Positions 60,675 through 64,000 of a stretch of 64,000 nt of DNA are shown piece after piece. The notes below the pieces were generated by a model. It was not told where the DNA came from, did no database searches, and worked only from the letters and a program-made list of their open reading frames with translations. Both the position numbers and the translations under genes were made by a program. The stretch's first letter is position 1. Each line of letters opens with the position of its first letter. The DNA lies in the NCBI GenBank assembly GCA_001600815.1, contig BCKZ01000022.1, forward strand, positions 1 to 64,000, read 5' to 3'. This stretch comes from Alloascoidea hylecoeti. Its lineage: Eukaryota.

Positions 60675-62419
60675 AATAGTAAAAGAGTGAAATACTATCT
60701 ATAATATTTATAAGTTTATATTTAAAAGAATTTAATATGGTATAAAACGTAATTTAATGAACTTCAAAAACTCTAATTTTTATCGAAATGGTTTACATGT
60801 AAAAATTGCAATGCACAATGGAAAGGCGTATGAATTAGCAGAAAGAGTATATAGTTGTTTACAAGAGTCATGTAGTAAACATGTTATAAATCATCACTGA
60901 AATTCGAAATATGATAAATATAAATACATCTATTTAGATTTCCTAGATGTTACTAAAGAATTCGAGATAGATTATATTATAATTTCATGCAACAAAACCT
61001 GAAGCTGATTAAGCTTATAAACAAGAATTATAATTAGTTTTATTTGAATGACTGACCATGATCCGTAATACCGTTACTATTTTTTCATACCCTCACACAC
61101 GGAAAGAAGGAAAAGAACAAGAAAAAATAGAGGAGGTTTCAATGTGGGGTTTTCTCAAAATTAACTATAATATGATTATATTTTAGATCAATGACTTGGC
61201 AGATTTTTTTTACTGAATATTTTATTAATTGATTAAAACTGGCGTGTTTCTTCCTTTTAACTGGATATGAATGAATCTTATGATTAATAATAGGGCATCA
61301 ACTTATTGCAACGTTATAACTGTCGACTCCAAAACAAATCATATAAGGTTACATATACAAAAAACTGCCATTGAGAGTATGAAGATATATAAAGTCACCT
61401 AGCTTAATCAAGCTAAAGCTGAGACTTGGAGAAAGATCAATTATTTATAGTAAACGCTCAGTTATTGTGATTGATATTGATTATAACGTTAACTTTTATA
61501 TGTCTGCGGACTATTTAGCGCAAAATAGTATAAAAATAAAAAAATAGTAAAAATGAAATGAAATGAAATTAAGTAATTTATAAGTGATAATAATGGAGAA
61601 TATTTTAATAAAAAGTACAAAAACTCTTTAATCTTTTGGTTCTTTTCTAAATACCGTTTGGAAACTTAATTTCGGCCATACTGACTACTAATTTTTGGCT
61701 ACTCTTAACGACTGAAAACTAATATATGAGAAAAAATTAGTAGCCAGCGTGGACAAAATTAAGTAGAATGACTGCACTACTTGTGTCTGTCTGTTTGTTA
61801 ACAATTCTCTCAATTGTCTTCCTGATCAGCGCTTAAGCTCGGAATTAGTGGACATAGAATTTAAATTACAATAGAAAAATTTAAAGCCTCCAATTAAAAG
61901 AAATTTAATACATATGAAAATATATAATGTTGGTATTGATATAAATCATCGCAATTGATGTGTAAAATTGAGCTGCAATATTACTAAAACCAGCTAGATC
62001 TGAATAACTAAGTGTCTATAAATTTACAGACACCGAGATCGCACATGCCGGATTATATACATGCTTCACGGGCTTGGAAAGTCAATATAGCAATTATACC
62101 GTCTACGTCTTCATTTGTCATATAAAATTCGAATCTGATCCTCGATTTGATATAATGTAGCTGGTGGGAAAACTGTCGCCAAGCAATCACAGGCAGCTGA
62201 TGCAACTAAGTACTGGTATACTAAATATATAAAGCTGGATATGAAAAGTAACATGGGCTTAAAACTAATTATAAATAGGAACCACATAACCGAGAACAAG
62301 CGTAGTGGGATGAGAGATTAAGATGAGCAAAAGAGATAGGGTACATTAAAGGAAAGTCTTGGTTTCTCTTCCATTGTTGAATGTACAAATCATGGCACTC
62401 CCGATGAAGACCAGTTTAT

Positions 62420-62810
62420 CCGACAATTAATATTCCCCATTAAAACCGTTAATGTTACCGTTGATATATTTTGTCCAGGAAAACGATTACCTGGGCTTTA
62501 TTTTAAAAATAAGCTTACCATCCATACTACAAGTATATTAATGATGGTTCTACTAATGGTTTGTGATAGTATTTCAGGTTTTTGCTTCCAGGAGGAATTT
62601 TCTATGTTAAATTTTCCAACTTCTGCATGAAACTCTCCTAATAAGGAAATTTAAGGTTTTAAAATTGATAATGATGATTTTGCGGTTTATTAATATTAAA
62701 TACACGCACCTTGGGTGAATATTTACTTGAGCTGCTTTTCCCTTCATTCCAGTAACATTTACATTCATTAATTTGATGGCAAATTGTTTAGGAGAAGGCT
62801 CTGTTAATTA
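62420..62810 (-). pseudogene. Possible heavily decayed ABCC transporter nucleotide-binding-domain fragment
   Basis: Weak resemblance only: FAIKLMNVNVT..KGK and LLGEFHAEVGK...QKPEILSQTISRTII versus QEPWILNATIRENI. No intact Walker A motif. Confidence 0.25.
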
Positions 62811-64000
62811 TCTGTTATAATATTTGCAATTTTACTGAATTTTTCCTACTGATATGAATTATACAACGTTAACGAATTATAAGTTATTATTAATTAATTA
62901 TATAGTGTTCTATACTAGATCTAGGGTGGACGTCCCTTAGTTAATATTTTTACTGATTCATTTAACGGGTTATTTCGCGTATTGTAATTCTATGGCTAGT
63001 ACCAGTGCCATAAACCAATTAGACTTAGTATCCAATAGCTAACTTTCATTTTTCTATTCATCCTTACAATAGCTGGCTTTAGTGTGATATGCATATCAAA
63101 TATTAAACTTGTTTTTAAAGTACAAACTAAGTTAATATAATGAACTCTTAATTTTACTAAGCAGGAAATCATTTATATATTTTTCATTAAAGATTTTCAG
63201 TTGAAATTGTGATGTGGTTTATTGATATTGCAAAAGAAGTGAAAGCTCAAGAAATGCATATTAATTTAATTTATAGCTGTTTTGTATGTATTGCTATAGC
63301 TATTATATATCATACTCTTTAAATTTTAAAATTAGGAGTGTTACAATTAGGTATTATATGTCAGTATTATGCCGGATGTTATTAGATATGACTTACCCAA
63401 CTCCTTTTCAAAAGGATAGATAGATAGGTTTATATACTAGCTAAATAATATATAAATTGGAAGTTAATAGAATAAACATTAATACTTCTAGTACAGAAAC
63501 TTTAAATATGTAGGACTTGATATATGTCCTATGATATGCGATTTAGCTAATTTTCTGTCATCAATAAAGCTTAATACCAACTTTAACTTTTAACTTTTGA
63601 ATTTTCTTATATTAATATAATTAAAGCACAATTAATATAGGCGAATTTTATTTTGTTTATAGTTATGCTGCTGAAATTTATTTTCAATCACGATTATCAA
63701 GTATTGAAATCATGTCAATTACAATTACAATTGCAATGTGACAATGCCCAAACAATCAAGAGCCTAAGAGATGAACAAACAGTTCAATTGACATATGCAT
63801 CCTTTAAAACCCCGCAGCTCTTTTAAAACAAAACAAAACAATTGAGTAAGTATAAAAGGGCCAAGACAGAAATGCCGAATGAAAATCCAGCAGTTGATGA
63901 TGTCATTGTAAGACGAAAACTTCTTGCAGTAGGGATATGTGATAGACAGCGTTTTAGTTATACCAGTTGCGCCGTTATAAATAAACAAGGTAAACAAGAA

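Noticed and set aside
1..64000. tRNA, rRNA or CRISPR loci
   Set aside because: No cloverleaf with A/B boxes, rRNA-like tract or repeat-spacer array was seen by eye. The tRNAi-Met matches are primer-binding sites only.

Overview
AT-rich budding-yeast (Saccharomycotina-type) nuclear DNA. Conserved positions use CTG for Leu, a complex I subunit gene is present, and many genes have short 5' spliceosomal introns. Intact genes: a GT34 glycosyltransferase, ALG9, NDUFA13/GRIM-19, SOD1, a PDI-like thioredoxin, SMC5, CBF1, BNI4, SMC3, HYM1, an alcohol acetyltransferase, an SR-type splicing factor, SPT23/MGA2, ADY2 and an F-box gene. The spacers hold many rearranged or captured sequences. (1) A second GT34 copy is broken into two halves whose ends meet almost to the base, separated by a 6.2 kb block that carries an apparently dead SEN34 (no start codon, catalytic His replaced by Tyr). 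(2) A co-oriented patchwork at 50.5-52.6 kb joins a SUB2 5' piece, a BDH1 3' piece, a mitochondrial atp6 piece and a gypsy RNase H relic. (3) An FBP26 fragment lies next to a decayed nuclease-kinase gene. (4) A degenerate Ty5-like copia element has mismatched ends. (5) There is a probable IS630/Tc1 relic. All calls come from reading and translating the sequence by hand and recalling known motifs; no database searches were run.
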